From: Patescibacteria group bacterium
GTDB lineage: Bacteria > Patescibacteriota > Patescibacteriia > JACQRZ01
Assembly: GCA_038065125.1 (NCBI GenBank)
Contig: JBBTRP010000060.1
Location: 10,848 to 48,105, forward strand
Reading direction: 5' to 3'
Length of the DNA stretch: 37,258 nucleotides
Shown here one piece after another: positions 35,689 to 37,258 of this stretch. The notes under the pieces are model-generated. The model saw only the letters and a list, made by a program, of their open reading frames with translations, was not told the DNA's origin and did not search any database. Each line of letters opens with the position of its first letter. The stretch's first letter is position 1. The position numbers were made by a program, and so were the translations under genes.

Positions 35689-35732
35689 CCCGCCCGAGTT
35701 TTGGTTCACAAGACTCGGGCGGGTTTTCTTTT
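35689..35732 (+). terminator. Strong intrinsic terminator
   Basis: CCCGCCCGAGTTTTG-GTTCA-CAAGACTCGGGCGGG-TTTTCTTTT. Confidence 0.85.
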
Positions 35733-35758
35733 CCGTTGCCAATGGTAGGATTCTCTTC

Positions 35759-36619
35759 ATGGATATCCTGCCGCAACTCCTTGCCAATGGGGTGATTGCC
35801 GGAGCGGTGTACGCTCTCATGGCGATCGCGTTTTCCCTGTCATTTAGCACGGGGAAATTTTTTAACCTCGCGTTGGGAGCGATGGTTCCTGTCGGCGGAT
35901 ATGCAGTCTATGCACTCTCTGTGCAGAATAATTTTCCGCTCTTTTTCAGCGTCCCCACCGGGCTGTTCATCGCCGGCATCATCAGTATGTTCTGCGAGCT
36001 CTGGGTATTCCGCCCCCTCCGGGCCAAGCGCGCATCGAGCCTTGCGCTCATTATCGCGTCGTTAGGAATTGCGACTGCCGCAAGTGCGATTCTTGCGATG
36101 CTCTTTTCAAGTCAGCTACAGCTTTTGCCTCGCGTACTGGATCAGTCACGCTTGATCGAGGGAATTTCGGTTACGAATTTGCAGCTCTTCACGATCGCGC
36201 TCTCGCTGGCGATGAGCGTGGTGACGATCGGCATCATCCGTCTGACCGCATTCGGGCGCGCGGTGCGTGCGGTCAGCGACGACAGCGAGGTCGCCTCAGT
36301 GGTTGGCATTAACGTCGAGCGCATACATCTCACCGTCGCATTTTTTACCGGCGCGCTCTGCGCCCTTGCGGGCATCTTGATTGGGATGGACGTGGGCCTT
36401 GAGCCGACGATGGGGCTGTTTTACTTTTTGAGCGGGGTGATCGGGTCAATTGTCGGCGGCATCGGAACTATCGGCGCGAGCGTGTTCGGATCATACCTTG
36501 AGGGACTCGTGGAGAACGGTGCGCTGATTGTCATTCCCGGAGAGTGGAAAAACGCGATTGCGTTTGCGCTCCTCATCGTCATTCTTTTGATCCGACCGCG
36601 CGGATTGTTGAGAAAGTAA
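35759..36619 (+). CDS. livH: Branched-chain amino acid ABC transporter permease, LivH-like
   Basis: QLLANGVIAGAVYALMA, FNLA, FGRAVRAVSDD..VA..VGIN, VGGIG, LLIRPRGL. Confidence 0.9.
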   Translation: MDILPQLLANGVIAGAVYALMAIAFSLSFSTGKFFNLALGAMVPVGGYAVYALSVQNNFPLFFSVPTGLFIAGIISMFCELWVFRPLRAKRASSLALIIASLGIATAASAILAMLFSSQLQLLPRVLDQSRLIEGISVTNLQLFTIALSLAMSVVTIGIIRLTAFGRAVRAVSDDSEVASVVGINVERIHLTVAFFTGALCALAGILIGMDVGLEPTMGLFYFLSGVIGSIVGGIGTIGASVFGSYLEGLVENGALIVIPGEWKNAIAFALLIVILLIRPRGLLRK

Positions 36620-36620
36620 T

Positions 36621-37258
36621 ATGGAGTATCTCATACACATCGCGATTCTTGCATCCATTTACGGCATTCTCGCATTGGGCCTGAATCTTGTGGTCGGATG
36701 CACCGGGCTCGTGTCGCTCGCGTCAGCGGGGTTTTACGGTATCGGCGCGTATGCAACCGCGATTCTTCTCTCCCGCGCCGAGTTTTCATTCGTCGGTGCG
36801 CTCATCATCGCCGGCGTAGTCTCCGCGATTGCGGCAGCACTGATCAGCGGTGTTCTCTCGCGATTTCGAGACGATACGTATATGCTGGTCTCGTTGGGGT
36901 TTGTCAATATTCTTGCCGGCGTCTTTGTGAACTGGACCGATCTCACCGGGGGGCCATTGGGGATTGCGGGAATTTCTCGGCCTACGATTGCGGGAATTTC
37001 ATTTTCGTCCCAACACGCATTTCTATTTCTTTCACTCCTGATACTTGCGTGCGTATGGGGTGTGGTTTCGTGGATCTCGGCCTCATCATTTGGGCGCGCA
37101 CTCAAGGGGATTCGTGAAGATGAGGTGATGATGCAGGTGCTTGGGTATCGGACGGAACAATACAAATTTTTAGTATTTGTCTTGTGTGCCGTGCTCTCAA
37201 GTGTTGCGGGGTCGCTCTATGCAACCTATGTGAGCTTTATCGATCCGGGAACGTTCAC
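36621..37258 (+). CDS. livM: Branched-chain amino acid ABC transporter permease, LivM-like (3'-partial, absent from the ORF track)
   Basis: Manual translation from ATG 36621: MEYLIHIAILASIYGILALGLNLVVGCTGLVSLASAGFYGIGAY...RFRDDTYMLVSLGF...TGGPLGI...FGRALKGIREDE; runs off the window. Confidence 0.9.
   Translation, partial: MEYLIHIAILASIYGILALGLNLVVGCTGLVSLASAGFYGIGAYATAILLSRAEFSFVGALIIAGVVSAIAAALISGVLSRFRDDTYMLVSLGFVNILAGVFVNWTDLTGGPLGIAGISRPTIAGISFSSQHAFLFLSLLILACVWGVVSWISASSFGRALKGIREDEVMMQVLGYRTEQYKFLVFVLCAVLSSVAGSLYATYVSFIDPGTF

Overview
Core-chromosome segment of a small-genome bacterium. It is probably Patescibacteria/CPR; this is inferred from the SD-poor start sites, type 2 IleRS, long-tailed bS6, HTH-TM-Ig RodZ-like protein and Ig-SpoIID fusion, not from a search. 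Gene order: 5'-partial Ig-repeat surface protein > < membrane-anchored small beta-domain protein; ileS-ruvA-femABX-like-tRNA-Arg(CCG); AT-rich spacer with DnaA-box-like cluster, sigma70 promoter and structured leader; rpoB-rpoC-IMPase > < kinase-like orphan < RHH-nucleotidyltransferase fusion; ftsK, rodZ-like, recA > < efp-rpsR-ssb-rpsF < flippase; SpoIID/LytB, transglutaminase-like/TPR protein, pilT, tRNA-Arg(TCG), YdeN-like hydrolase, hicB-hicA, tRNA-Lys(CTT); and a liv-type ABC cluster interrupted by a secreted helical protein. No CRISPR array, integrase, transposase or prophage was seen. Best leads: (1) an RHH domain fused to a nucleotidyltransferase lacking the G-T-R motif, behind helically phased TATGAT repeats, a candidate metabolite-sensing regulator; (2) an 11-aa peptide GGAPRLS[IV]PQQ shared by two unrelated convergent envelope genes with almost every wobble base changed; (3) a multi-hairpin rpoB leader; (4) an EF-P with Gln where the modifiable Lys/Arg normally sits; (5) a FemABX ORF whose stop codon lies inside a tRNA. 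All family calls are from motif recognition by eye.
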